From Candidatus Latescibacterota bacterium (lineage in GTDB: Bacteria > Latescibacterota > UBA2968 > GCA-2709665): a DNA stretch of 64,000 nt. The stretch lies in the NCBI GenBank assembly GCA_963667175.2, contig CAXXXF010000004.1:64001-128000 (forward strand), given 5' to 3'. Both the position numbers and the translations under genes were made by a program. Below the pieces are notes generated by a model. That model did no database searches and was not told the origin of the DNA. It worked only from the letters and a program-made list of their open reading frames with translations. This document shows, piece after piece, positions 1 through 9,127 of the stretch. The first letter of the stretch is position 1, and each line of letters begins with the position of its first letter.

Positions 1-1
1 G

Positions 2-1804
2 GTCCTTGCCGAGCCCGCGTACGTGCACGACGCGGTGCAATGGATCACCGACCTGATCCGCAAGCAGTTTTTCGTGGATGGGATGTGGCGGGAAGCGTCG
101 GTCTCGTATCATAATCAGACAGTGGGCGGCCTGGCCGGCGCGATGGACCTGCTGGATGGGTATAGCGATCCGGAAGGCTATGTTCATCCCGAAACCGGAG
201 CGCGTTACGAGAATCTGGACCTGTCGGACCGGTTCCCGCTCTTCGAAAAGGCGAGGCGGATTCCGGATCTTCTGCGATACCCGAACGGGCGCGTGGTTGC
301 GGTACACGATACCTGGGCGCGGGAGCATCGTGCGCCCACCGAATGCTCCCGCCCTTATCTGCTTGGCGGCGCGGGGCACGCCTGGCTTGGTCGCGGCGAT
401 GGCGCGAATCAGATTCAGGCTCACCTGCACTTTTCCGGCGCGTACGGTCACGCGCACGCGGACCTGTTGAGCATTACGCTGTTTTCTCATGGTCAGGAGC
501 GGCTGTCCGACATAGGATACACCTGGACCCACCAGCGGCAGTGGGCGTCCAGCACGCTGTCACACAGCACCGTGGTCGTGAACGGCGAGGACCAGGCGCG
601 AGGCAATGAAAACAACCCTTCCGATGGCAACCTGCTGTTGTTTGTGCCGGGTAACAGCGGGTTTCAGGCGGTGGCCGCGCAGGGCAACCGGGCGTATCCC
701 GGGGTCGTACAGGATTACAGTAGATTGCTGGTGCTGATCGGCGTTTCGGCGCGGGACGCGTATCTGGTTGATGTGTTTCGCGTGGACGGCGGAGCGCGGC
801 ACGAATACGTGCTTGTGGGAGACGCGAACAACGACGGCGCTATCGAGACGGACCTGGAACGGTCGGCCTACGGCGAGACGCTGCTGCCGCCCGACGTGAA
901 GGTTGTGCTGCCCAGCGGGGAAACCGTACCGGGATATGCCGAGGGACACAACTTCGTCTACGCGTACGTGGGAGACGTCAACCGAGCGGAAATTGCGGCG
1001 CCGTGGCAGGTGATCTTTACGAGCGACGGCGAGCCGACGGGCGGGGTCCGCGTCCATGGGGTCTCGGAGTTGGACGGGGAACTGCTCTTCGGGAGCATGC
1101 CGTCCGTGCGGCGCGCGGAAGAAAGCGAAGCCAGACTGGATGACTATACGATGCCCGCGATGATCCACCGGCGGGAGGGGAACGATCTCTCCAGCGGATT
1201 CGTGAACGTTCTGGAACCGTTCGGCGAAGCGCCGTTCCTGCGCTCGGTGGAGCGACTGGGCGCCGATTCCAACGGTGTGGCGCTGAAGATCGTAGGGGAG
1301 GACTACACGGATTATATGCTCTGCAACCCGGATGGTAAGCGGATGGTTGCGGGAGACGCGGTGCTGGATGGCCGGATCGGGTTTGTCCGCGAGCGAGACG
1401 GCGGCGTCGAACGGATGACCCTGGTGGGCGGGTCGCTGCTGCAAAAGGGCAACGCCCGACTCACGGGAGACGGAATCTATAGAGGTTCGATACAGGAGGT
1501 GTTGCGAAAGGAAGCCGGTTCCGACGTCAACGGACTGGTCGTGGCTGGCGGTGTTCCCGAAGGGGACAGGATGGCAGGTTTGACGGTTGTGGTCAAAGAC
1601 GGTGCAGGCTTTACGCTGGGGATCGGGTTGGCGGACGTCGTAAAACGGGACGGCCGGACCGTCCTGGTCCTGGACGACGATCCCGGGTTCGAAATCGACC
1701 CGGACGGGACGTCCCGGCATGTCTATTTCCCGCGCCGGACCTGGACCGGAGAGAATCGATACGAGATTATGGACGTGAAACATCTTGTTCGGCCTCCGAA
1801 ATAG
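2..1804 (+). CDS. Heparinase II/III-like polysaccharide lyase (5' partial)
   Basis: Frame is open from the window edge. Motifs GHAHADLLSITLF, SDIGY and STLSHSTVVVNG are typical of heparinase II/III C-terminal domains. Confidence 0.75.
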   Translation, partial: VLAEPAYVHDAVQWITDLIRKQFFVDGMWREASVSYHNQTVGGLAGAMDLLDGYSDPEGYVHPETGARYENLDLSDRFPLFEKARRIPDLLRYPNGRVVAVHDTWAREHRAPTECSRPYLLGGAGHAWLGRGDGANQIQAHLHFSGAYGHAHADLLSITLFSHGQERLSDIGYTWTHQRQWASSTLSHSTVVVNGEDQARGNENNPSDGNLLLFVPGNSGFQAVAAQGNRAYPGVVQDYSRLLVLIGVSARDAYLVDVFRVDGGARHEYVLVGDANNDGAIETDLERSAYGETLLPPDVKVVLPSGETVPGYAEGHNFVYAYVGDVNRAEIAAPWQVIFTSDGEPTGGVRVHGVSELDGELLFGSMPSVRRAEESEARLDDYTMPAMIHRREGNDLSSGFVNVLEPFGEAPFLRSVERLGADSNGVALKIVGEDYTDYMLCNPDGKRMVAGDAVLDGRIGFVRERDGGVERMTLVGGSLLQKGNARLTGDGIYRGSIQEVLRKEAGSDVNGLVVAGGVPEGDRMAGLTVVVKDGAGFTLGIGLADVVKRDGRTVLVLDDDPGFEIDPDGTSRHVYFPRRTWTGENRYEIMDVKHLVRPPK

Positions 1805-1830
1805 GTCGCCGAAATTCGACGGCTCAGAAG

Positions 1831-2129
1831 CAGCTATCAGCAGTCAGCCGTTAGCTTGAAGCAAGAGCGAAAATCGGCTCACACGGAGACACGAAGACAC
1901 AAAGAAAACCAAAGGCTAAGATTCTGAAACACCGTTCAGGCGGACAACCACAAGGGTTGACCCTACGAATACAATATGGACGCAGGCAGACGCGAATTTC
2001 GCGCGTTAAGGGTTTACCGTAACAAATCTCGCAAGACACCATCAAACGCACGATGGCGGTGCGGGGGAGAGGTTCCGCCTTTTGGTTTCAGGTTCAGGCT
2101 GACCGCTGATGGCTGATTGCTGACAGCTG
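1831..2129. repeat. Composite intergenic repeat (inverted 7-mer arrays, REP-like hairpin, GACAC module)
   Basis: cagctat/cagcagt/cagccgt array at 1831-1855 with its inverse at 2098-2129. 1938-1966 matches the reverse complement of 62174-62202 (25/29). 1878-1904 matches the reverse complement of 62224-62250 (26/27). Confidence 0.7.
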
Positions 2130-2152
2130 TATTGACGCAAGGAGAAAACGAA

Positions 2153-4567
2153 ATGGTCCAGATGTCAGATACGACCGAACTGAAAGCCCCTTTCCTTCCG
2201 TCGGAAGAGAACGAACTCAGCCGGCGCTACCTGCGGATGATCGAGAAGTGGATTCCCACGGGAGTCGAGTATTTCCAGGAATGGCCGGACCGCCCGGACT
2301 GCGGGCACTTCTTCGGCGGCGTCCACTGGTATGGCGCCGAGACCACGTCGCCCGTGGAGACGTTTGCCTTCGCCAGCATCTCGCCGGAGTACGACGAGAA
2401 AGGGGTCGGCGTCTCCCGGGACGACCTTCAGCGCATGGCGATTATGGGGCTGAGGTACCTTTGCTTCACGCACGACTCCGGGCCCCCGGACTGCGTCCGG
2501 CCCAGCGTGGGACTGGGACGTCCCGAGATCTGCGGTACCAAGTGGGGCGAACGCGGCCTGGGGTTCTTCAAGGAGAGCCAGTGCGGCCATGGGATCTCGA
2601 CGCTGGCGCGGGTGTGTCTGTTGCTGCGGAACCGGATCGACGACGAGACGTGGATGATGATGGCGCGCGTGCACGCGGACTATGCCGGCAGATTCGGGAA
2701 CATGGCGCCGAAGAGCGGGATTTACGTGGATACGCAGATGGAGGAGAATGCCTGGACGTCCAACGGTTTGACCTCCTGCCATCTGTTTCTGGAGCGCCAC
2801 GCAGACGCCGCCGAATGGGAGGCAACATGCAGGCGGTGGATGTACTCCACCTGCTCGGCGCCGCAGGACGCGAAGGACCGCGGCGCATTGGGCCGGACGA
2901 CGGCGGCGGCGCTCGCGGGAAAGATATTTACCGCGTTGCCGGACTACTGGGCGGAAAACCACGGGATGGTGCACCCGAACTACACCGCGTCGGGCGTCCG
3001 TCCGCTCAGTTCGGCGGGGGTGCAGTTGAAGCTGTGGGGCCGGGAACTGCCGCCGGAGTTGTTCTGGAACCGGCGCAGGGTGTACGAGAATCTCAAGGCG
3101 ATGACCGACGGGTGGGGGTACGCCCAGGCCGTGCAGGGAATGGACTGGCATTATCTGCCTGCCGCCGGTAGCGAGAACCCGCATTCGGCGGCCGCCGTGT
3201 TCTTCGACGACGCGGATGCCGCCGCGCTTCTGCGCAGAGGGCTCCGGAACGCGGAACTGCGGCAGGATGGAAACGGCGGGCGGATGTACGACAGGGATTT
3301 CGCGGAACGGGCGCACGATCAGCAGGACCCCATGATCATGCGGGAAGTCACCATCAGCGCGGTTGCGCACCAGTACCTGTTCCACCGTTTGTTCGGACCT
3401 GGGCCGCCGCCCACCCCGGAAGACGAACTCGAGCGGCGACTGGCCGGGGTGCGTGAATACCCGCACGCGGGTTTCGTCCATCACCGGCATCCGAAGGGAC
3501 AGACCTCGTTTTCGTGGCGAAATTCCGTGATGGCAATGCCGCTGACCAGGGAGGGCATTTACACGTTCGCGCCCTGTTCGGACAGCTGGTTGGGCAGGCC
3601 GGTGGTAAAGGGGCGCCCGGACAGCCATCGCCTGAAGCGGGCGCGCGTGACCGACTATGACGACGGGTTTGCGGTGGCGATGACCATGGACCGGTGCCAG
3701 GAGTCATTGCGGCAGCAGGTGTTGTTCGCCAGCCTGCCGGATGGACGGACGCTGTCCTTCGAACGGTTCACGGCCCTGGAAGACCTGACGCTGGAATCGC
3801 TCGACCAGGGGTTTCTGCGGATTACCAATGAGCATTTCCCGCGGCTCGAACCGAACTGCAGAGGGGTCCGCACACTCTACAGACCCGATGGGTCGACCGA
3901 CTACAAAGGCTGGCTCGGCGAACGTGAGGCCGAGGATATCGAGGATAGCCTCGGAAGGCCGGAATGGCTGAATGTCGACGACCGCCTGGGCATCGTTTTT
4001 TCGGCCACCGGCGAGGCGGGTTATCTGAATCGACACTACTATAAGCCGTATCGCGCGATCGCGGACGACCTCACGCTTTCGCGCCAGGCGGACGAGGAGG
4101 CGTTGCGCGCGGGCGAGGAAGCCGGGTCCCTTACGGCGTTGCTGATTCCCGAACAGACCCACGAAGACACGCCTGCCAGCCGGCTCGACGTATTGACGGG
4201 GCCGGACGGGAGCGCCTGCCTGGTGACGGACGGGTACCTCGCGGCGGCGAATTTCGAGGAGAGACGCAAGGTTTGTACGTTTAAGCAGGCGCGGCAGGAG
4301 GACGTCCTCGTCTATTCCGGCGCAACGGTTGACGTGAACGGCGATGCTGTGCGCTATCGCGTGCCGCTCAACAGCCAGAGCGCGCGTCTGCTGGCCGGGA
4401 CGGTTACACTGCGCGCGAATGGAGATATCAGGGCCGATGCCGCGCCCGGCGGCGAGGTCTACGTGACGAACACCGATAGCGGTCAATCGGTCGTCGAAAT
4501 CGCGAAGGGTGAAGGCGCAGGCACAGAGCATTCCGTCGACGCGGGGCAGACGATTCGCATAGGATAG
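2153..4567 (+). CDS. Uncharacterised large protein, possibly lyase-like (helical N-half, beta-rich C-half)
   Basis: Long ORF with AGGAG RBS before ATG 2153, ENHGMVHPNY motif, located among carbohydrate-enzyme genes. Confidence 0.55.
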   Translation: MVQMSDTTELKAPFLPSEENELSRRYLRMIEKWIPTGVEYFQEWPDRPDCGHFFGGVHWYGAETTSPVETFAFASISPEYDEKGVGVSRDDLQRMAIMGLRYLCFTHDSGPPDCVRPSVGLGRPEICGTKWGERGLGFFKESQCGHGISTLARVCLLLRNRIDDETWMMMARVHADYAGRFGNMAPKSGIYVDTQMEENAWTSNGLTSCHLFLERHADAAEWEATCRRWMYSTCSAPQDAKDRGALGRTTAAALAGKIFTALPDYWAENHGMVHPNYTASGVRPLSSAGVQLKLWGRELPPELFWNRRRVYENLKAMTDGWGYAQAVQGMDWHYLPAAGSENPHSAAAVFFDDADAAALLRRGLRNAELRQDGNGGRMYDRDFAERAHDQQDPMIMREVTISAVAHQYLFHRLFGPGPPPTPEDELERRLAGVREYPHAGFVHHRHPKGQTSFSWRNSVMAMPLTREGIYTFAPCSDSWLGRPVVKGRPDSHRLKRARVTDYDDGFAVAMTMDRCQESLRQQVLFASLPDGRTLSFERFTALEDLTLESLDQGFLRITNEHFPRLEPNCRGVRTLYRPDGSTDYKGWLGEREAEDIEDSLGRPEWLNVDDRLGIVFSATGEAGYLNRHYYKPYRAIADDLTLSRQADEEALRAGEEAGSLTALLIPEQTHEDTPASRLDVLTGPDGSACLVTDGYLAAANFEERRKVCTFKQARQEDVLVYSGATVDVNGDAVRYRVPLNSQSARLLAGTVTLRANGDIRADAAPGGEVYVTNTDSGQSVVEIAKGEGAGTEHSVDAGQTIRIG

Positions 4568-4702
4568 GAAAACGATATGGACGACGGTCTTTCCAAAGCG
4601 CGTTCATCGAGCTTGTCGAAATGTGCGCTTTGCAAGCCAGTCGGAGCGGGCTAAGCGAGCACGCCATTTCCAGGTTGATTGACACGTCGGGGAGGTATTC
4701 TT

Positions 4703-7237
4703 GTGACCGATCAATGGATACTCGAGAACAACGCCCTCTGTCTGCAGTGGCAGAATGGGCATCTGCAGGTGGAGAATCGGCTGTCGGGGTCGCGCCGCGC
4801 ATTCGACTTTCCCGCGTTCATGATCCGTCTCGGCGACGTGGAGATTCCGGCGGACCTGTTTGTCCGGACCGATGTCGAACCCGGAAAGGACGGGATCGCG
4901 TTCGATTTTCGCCACGAAACCACGGGAATTCAGGCGCGCGTGCGCTACCGGATCGACGGAGACAACCCCTGGTTCAGAAAGCAGTTGACGCTTCATGCGC
5001 CGGACAGCCCGGGCGCGCCCACGCCGGACCGGCTCTGGGTGGACGTTCAGGACGGTCCTCCAAGGCCCATGAGACGCGTGGGATACGGTGTCCGCGGCGG
5101 GCCCGACGCGGAAGAGCAGACCGGGATCGACTCGTACGCACCCCCGGTACCGGGCTGCGGGTATCCGGTGTGGGCCGGAGACTGGTTTGCCGGGCTGGAG
5201 CATCCGGCGGGGTTTGCGGTTCCGGGCGACAGGCTTGAACTGTTTCACCACCCCGTGTGGGACGACGAACGGCGCATCGAGAGCTACACGGCGGTGTACG
5301 GCGCGGCAGAGAGCCACGAGGCCGTGCGAGGCGCATTCATGGACTACGTGTGGCAGATCCGCCTGCCCCGGCTGTCGAAGCCGATATTCCATCTTTCGGT
5401 GGGATGGTCGGTCCGTTATCTGGGCAACCGGGAGTATCTCGACTCGTTCGAAATGAACCAGGCCTACGTAGAGGCGGTATCGAATCTCGGTCTGAAGCCG
5501 GATTCCCTGGCGTTTGACGCCGGTTGGTTCGACAGGAAGTCGATTTACCGGCACAAGGGAGACGACGAGGACGATTCGCGGCTCATCGCGTTTTCCGAGG
5601 ATCTGAAACAGAAGGGGTATTCGCTGGCGCTGTGGGTCACGCACAACGGTCCGGTGGGTTTCGACACCGATTGGATCCAGGAACAGGGATGGCGGGTTGG
5701 CGAAGGGCCCGGCTCGTACGGAAGCGGTACGTTCGTGGTGATGGCGCAGCCTTCCTTCGAAGAAGCGCTCGCCCGGCGCTGGGAGCGGCTGGTAGGAAAG
5801 GCGGGCGCGGTGCACCTGAAGATCGACTGGGACAACGAGTGCGCCACCCATCCCGATTTCGCGGAACGCTACCCGTCACCCCATCACATGCGCGAGGCGT
5901 CGGTGAACGCGTTCAACAGAATCGACCGTCGCCTTCGGGCCGTCAACCCGGACCTGGTGACGCGGAACGGGTGGTGGCCGAGTCCCTGGTGGCTGTGCCT
6001 GGCGAACCACGTCTGGCTGATACACTCGGGAGACTGCGAATACGCGTCGTGGCCGTCTCGCACCCAACGCGACCGGGCCCTGACGCATCGGGACTCGGTC
6101 TATTACCAGATCATGCGCCGTGCGGAGACGCCGATCTTCTTCGACGCGTATGACAATCACGAATTCGTGCAGGCCTTGACCAACGCGTTCGGCGATCCGC
6201 CCCATACATGGCTGGACAATCTGGTGTTGGCTTCCTGCCGCGGCACCACCTATATGCCGATGCCGATCAATCCCGAAAGCCTGCGGGCGGACCGGGCCGA
6301 ACAACTGCAGGCGATGATGGACTGGATGCGTTTCAACGCGGACGGACTGGGCACGAAGGAGACGCGCATGGTGCTTGGGAATCCGGCCTTCGGCGAAGTG
6401 TATGGCTTCCTGCATCCGTCGGAGGACAGCGCGTGGCTCCTGCTGCGAAATCCTTCCCCCGAACCGCAGGTCGTGGATCTCGGTCAGGAGGATGAATTGG
6501 GATATGCGCCGGGCACGGTTCGGCAGGTCTATCCCTTCTGGCAGGACCTGGAAGGGTCGATGACGATATTGGGGAACGAAGTACGGTTGTTGAAATTCTT
6601 CGCCGACGCACAGGAGGACGCGTCACCGATACCCGGAGCGGCGTTCATGGCCCGGTTGTGCGATCAGGGATGCGAATACCGGTTTCCCGGCGACCGGCGG
6701 CTGACGGGCGACGTGGGGCCCGCGGTGCATCCGGACATGCAGATCCACGGGCTCTCCGCGGAGGCAACGGCCGACGAACGGAGTGACGGGACGCACCGGA
6801 TGCAATGGTACGTTGCGGTTCCCCACCGATTCGAGCGGCCCGAATTCCAGGTTGTCCTGCGCGGTCCGGAGAAGGTGCTGGACGGCGTGGACGTCCGCGC
6901 CGGCGGATCGCGCTATCGTGGGGTACCGGCGAGATACGCCTACGAGACCCGGCGCATCCACCGTCAGGGCCGAAGCAGCCACGGATCGGCCAGATTCCTG
7001 CCGCCCGTGGGTCCGAGGGAACGCGACGACTACCTGTTCACAATTCACGACAGCGGATGGGCATCGGTTACATTGGACGTTACCGGCGACGGTCTCGACG
7101 AACTGAAGGTGGAGGCTTGGGTCACCGGATACGAAGCGCCCGCCAGGCAGGCGATTGTCCAAGACGCACCGCCGATGCCCGGCGCCCTGCTTCCGGCGCA
7201 TCCGTACGGGTTTTCGAGATGTCTGAGAATCAGGTGA
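4703..7237 (+). CDS. Putative glycoside hydrolase (GH36/alpha-galactosidase-like TIM barrel)
   Basis: GGAGGT RBS before GTG. Motifs FDAGWF, LALW and HLKIDWD resemble clan GH-D enzymes. Confidence 0.55.
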   Translation: MTDQWILENNALCLQWQNGHLQVENRLSGSRRAFDFPAFMIRLGDVEIPADLFVRTDVEPGKDGIAFDFRHETTGIQARVRYRIDGDNPWFRKQLTLHAPDSPGAPTPDRLWVDVQDGPPRPMRRVGYGVRGGPDAEEQTGIDSYAPPVPGCGYPVWAGDWFAGLEHPAGFAVPGDRLELFHHPVWDDERRIESYTAVYGAAESHEAVRGAFMDYVWQIRLPRLSKPIFHLSVGWSVRYLGNREYLDSFEMNQAYVEAVSNLGLKPDSLAFDAGWFDRKSIYRHKGDDEDDSRLIAFSEDLKQKGYSLALWVTHNGPVGFDTDWIQEQGWRVGEGPGSYGSGTFVVMAQPSFEEALARRWERLVGKAGAVHLKIDWDNECATHPDFAERYPSPHHMREASVNAFNRIDRRLRAVNPDLVTRNGWWPSPWWLCLANHVWLIHSGDCEYASWPSRTQRDRALTHRDSVYYQIMRRAETPIFFDAYDNHEFVQALTNAFGDPPHTWLDNLVLASCRGTTYMPMPINPESLRADRAEQLQAMMDWMRFNADGLGTKETRMVLGNPAFGEVYGFLHPSEDSAWLLLRNPSPEPQVVDLGQEDELGYAPGTVRQVYPFWQDLEGSMTILGNEVRLLKFFADAQEDASPIPGAAFMARLCDQGCEYRFPGDRRLTGDVGPAVHPDMQIHGLSAEATADERSDGTHRMQWYVAVPHRFERPEFQVVLRGPEKVLDGVDVRAGGSRYRGVPARYAYETRRIHRQGRSSHGSARFLPPVGPRERDDYLFTIHDSGWASVTLDVTGDGLDELKVEAWVTGYEAPARQAIVQDAPPMPGALLPAHPYGFSRCLRIR

Positions 7238-7286
7238 AGGGACGCGTTACCCGGTTGTGGCTGGAGATCTGAAAGGAGACGTTGAA

Positions 7287-8165
7287 ATGACGCTGAGGCA
7301 CGATGCGGAGCAGAACGTCTGGCACTTTGAGACGGAGCAGATGATAGGACACATTCAGCCGGACGGAGACCGGCACGGGATCAAGGAATTGACCCACAAA
7401 CCCACCGGGGCTCAGGTGGCGCACCCGAAGTACGACCTCCTGAATCTGTTTTTCATGTTTTCGCAGAATCACTGCATGGGGCAGGCCCGGGAAAACGCGC
7501 GCAGCATCACGTCCGGGGGTAATGCGATCGACGTGCGCTGGACGCCGACGGACGATCACAAGGCGGAGATGACGGCCAGGTACGAAGTTGTCGAACCCAA
7601 TGCGGTGGACCTGTCCATTACCGTGAAGTCCAACTGGCCCTACCCGGCGTACGAAGTGTTCCTGTCGAACTATTTCGATCTGTCGCTGCGGCCGTACGTT
7701 TACGTTCAGGGGAGCCCGTTCGATATTCCCGCGGACCGCGCGCGGTGGATCGCGCCGGAGGTGAACGACGTCTTCGTGGGAACGGGCCTGGTCTTCTCGA
7801 GGGACCAGCACGCAGCCAGGCGGTCGACCGACGGGCGATGGGACCGGATCTGGGGCCTCTATCAGTGGAACCCGCAACGGTATTTCGAGGCGCCCGTGAT
7901 CATGAGCGCGAACCTGGAGAAAGGCGTTGCGGGGGTGCTGATGTCGCGTCCCCAGGACTGCTACGCGGTGATCAGCGGGTACGCGAGCGAGAACATGAAG
8001 GACCCGTTCAGGGACCAGAACCCCCTCTACCTCTCGCTCTTCGGGGACGATTTCCGCGTTGGCGACGAGCGGACCGTGGAGGTCCGGTTCGCCGTCACCG
8101 AAATCGACGACTCGCTGTCCCAACCACTGGCGCTATACGAAGCGTTCATCGCGGAGAAAGGGTAA
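7287..8165 (+). CDS. Hypothetical beta-sandwich protein
   Basis: AAGGAG RBS; ORF is co-oriented with the upstream cluster. Confidence 0.6.
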   Translation: MTLRHDAEQNVWHFETEQMIGHIQPDGDRHGIKELTHKPTGAQVAHPKYDLLNLFFMFSQNHCMGQARENARSITSGGNAIDVRWTPTDDHKAEMTARYEVVEPNAVDLSITVKSNWPYPAYEVFLSNYFDLSLRPYVYVQGSPFDIPADRARWIAPEVNDVFVGTGLVFSRDQHAARRSTDGRWDRIWGLYQWNPQRYFEAPVIMSANLEKGVAGVLMSRPQDCYAVISGYASENMKDPFRDQNPLYLSLFGDDFRVGDERTVEVRFAVTEIDDSLSQPLALYEAFIAEKG

Positions 8166-8344
8166 GTGCGGGCGTGTACTGGCGGCCAAGATCCGGAGCC
8201 TGGCAAAGCGGGAGTGCGCCTTTCATTCGACAACAGACTCGCAGGGGAAGTCGTCTAACTCGACACTGACATGTAGGGCTGGTGCTGAAAGTAAGGCGCC
8301 GCGAACTCTCGAGGCCGTTGATGAGCAGGGAACATCCAGATGAC

Positions 8345-8410
8345 TGATTTTCATCAAAGCAAAATAATTGTCAAAAAGCAATTGATTTTCAAATGAGCAA
8401 TGACTATATT
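8345..8410 (+). promoter_or_regulatory. Sigma70-like promoter with two operator-like repeats
   Basis: TTGATT (8382-8387), 17 nt, TATATT (8405-8410). TGATTTTCA-N4-AGCAA occurs at 8345-8362 and 8383-8400. Confidence 0.55.
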
Positions 8411-8449
8411 TCTACTACAAACAACAACCATCTACCAAAGGAGAGAGAA

Positions 8450-8719
8450 ATGACTGCTAAAGACACCGTAGCAGAGGACATTCGGCTCAAGACCGTTACC
8501 ATTGAAGTCAACGACCACAAGGTCGAGATGCATGCAGGACCAGCGACGGGATTTGAGATCAAAGAGGCCGCCATCAAGCAGGGCGTAAGTATTCAGCTGA
8601 ACTTCGTGCTGCAGGTCCAGTTGCCGAATGGATCGAGCAAGGTGATCGGCAACGACGACAAGGTGCCATTGACCGAACATCTCGCCTTCACCGCCATCGC
8701 TGCGGATGATAACAGTTGA
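8450..8719 (+). CDS. Multiubiquitin-family ubiquitin-like protein (BubA-like)
   Basis: AAGGAG RBS. Beta-grasp pattern VTIEVND...TGFEIKEAA...IGNDDKVPL...F. First gene of an E2/E1 operon; ends ADDNS. Confidence 0.8.
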   Translation: MTAKDTVAEDIRLKTVTIEVNDHKVEMHAGPATGFEIKEAAIKQGVSIQLNFVLQVQLPNGSSKVIGNDDKVPLTEHLAFTAIAADDNS

Positions 8720-8740
8720 CCGTAACAGTAAGGACGCACC

Positions 8741-9127
8741 GTGAAGCAGGATGTCGCTAACGCGATCGAGGAACTGAAGCGGGCACTTCCGTCTTCGGAT
8801 GTGCGCAGTAGCGAGGACGGAAGTGGGGGTGCATACGTTGTCGTCGAACCCGTCCACATAGGGGAACGATATAGGCCTTCATCTACATGGATAGGGGGCC
8901 ACATCACGGCCCTCTATCCGTACGCCGACATCTACCCTCTGTTTATCGGCGACAACGTGTGTCGCGTGGACGGCGTGGCCTTTGAGCCGCCAGTAACTGC
9001 CGGCGCTCAGTTTTTCGACCGGCCGGCCCTGCAGGTTTCTCGGCGCAACAATCATACTCAGAACTACCCTCAGGCGGCGGTGGCCAAATTCCTCAAAGTA
9101 CTGCATTTCCTTAAGGAACTCCAATGA
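8741..9127 (+). CDS. Prokaryotic E2/UBC-like protein (BubB-like)
   Basis: YPYADIYP and LQVSRR motifs; lies between the Ubl and JAB-E1 genes; ATGA overlap with the next gene. Confidence 0.7.
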   Translation: MKQDVANAIEELKRALPSSDVRSSEDGSGGAYVVVEPVHIGERYRPSSTWIGGHITALYPYADIYPLFIGDNVCRVDGVAFEPPVTAGAQFFDRPALQVSRRNNHTQNYPQAAVAKFLKVLHFLKELQ

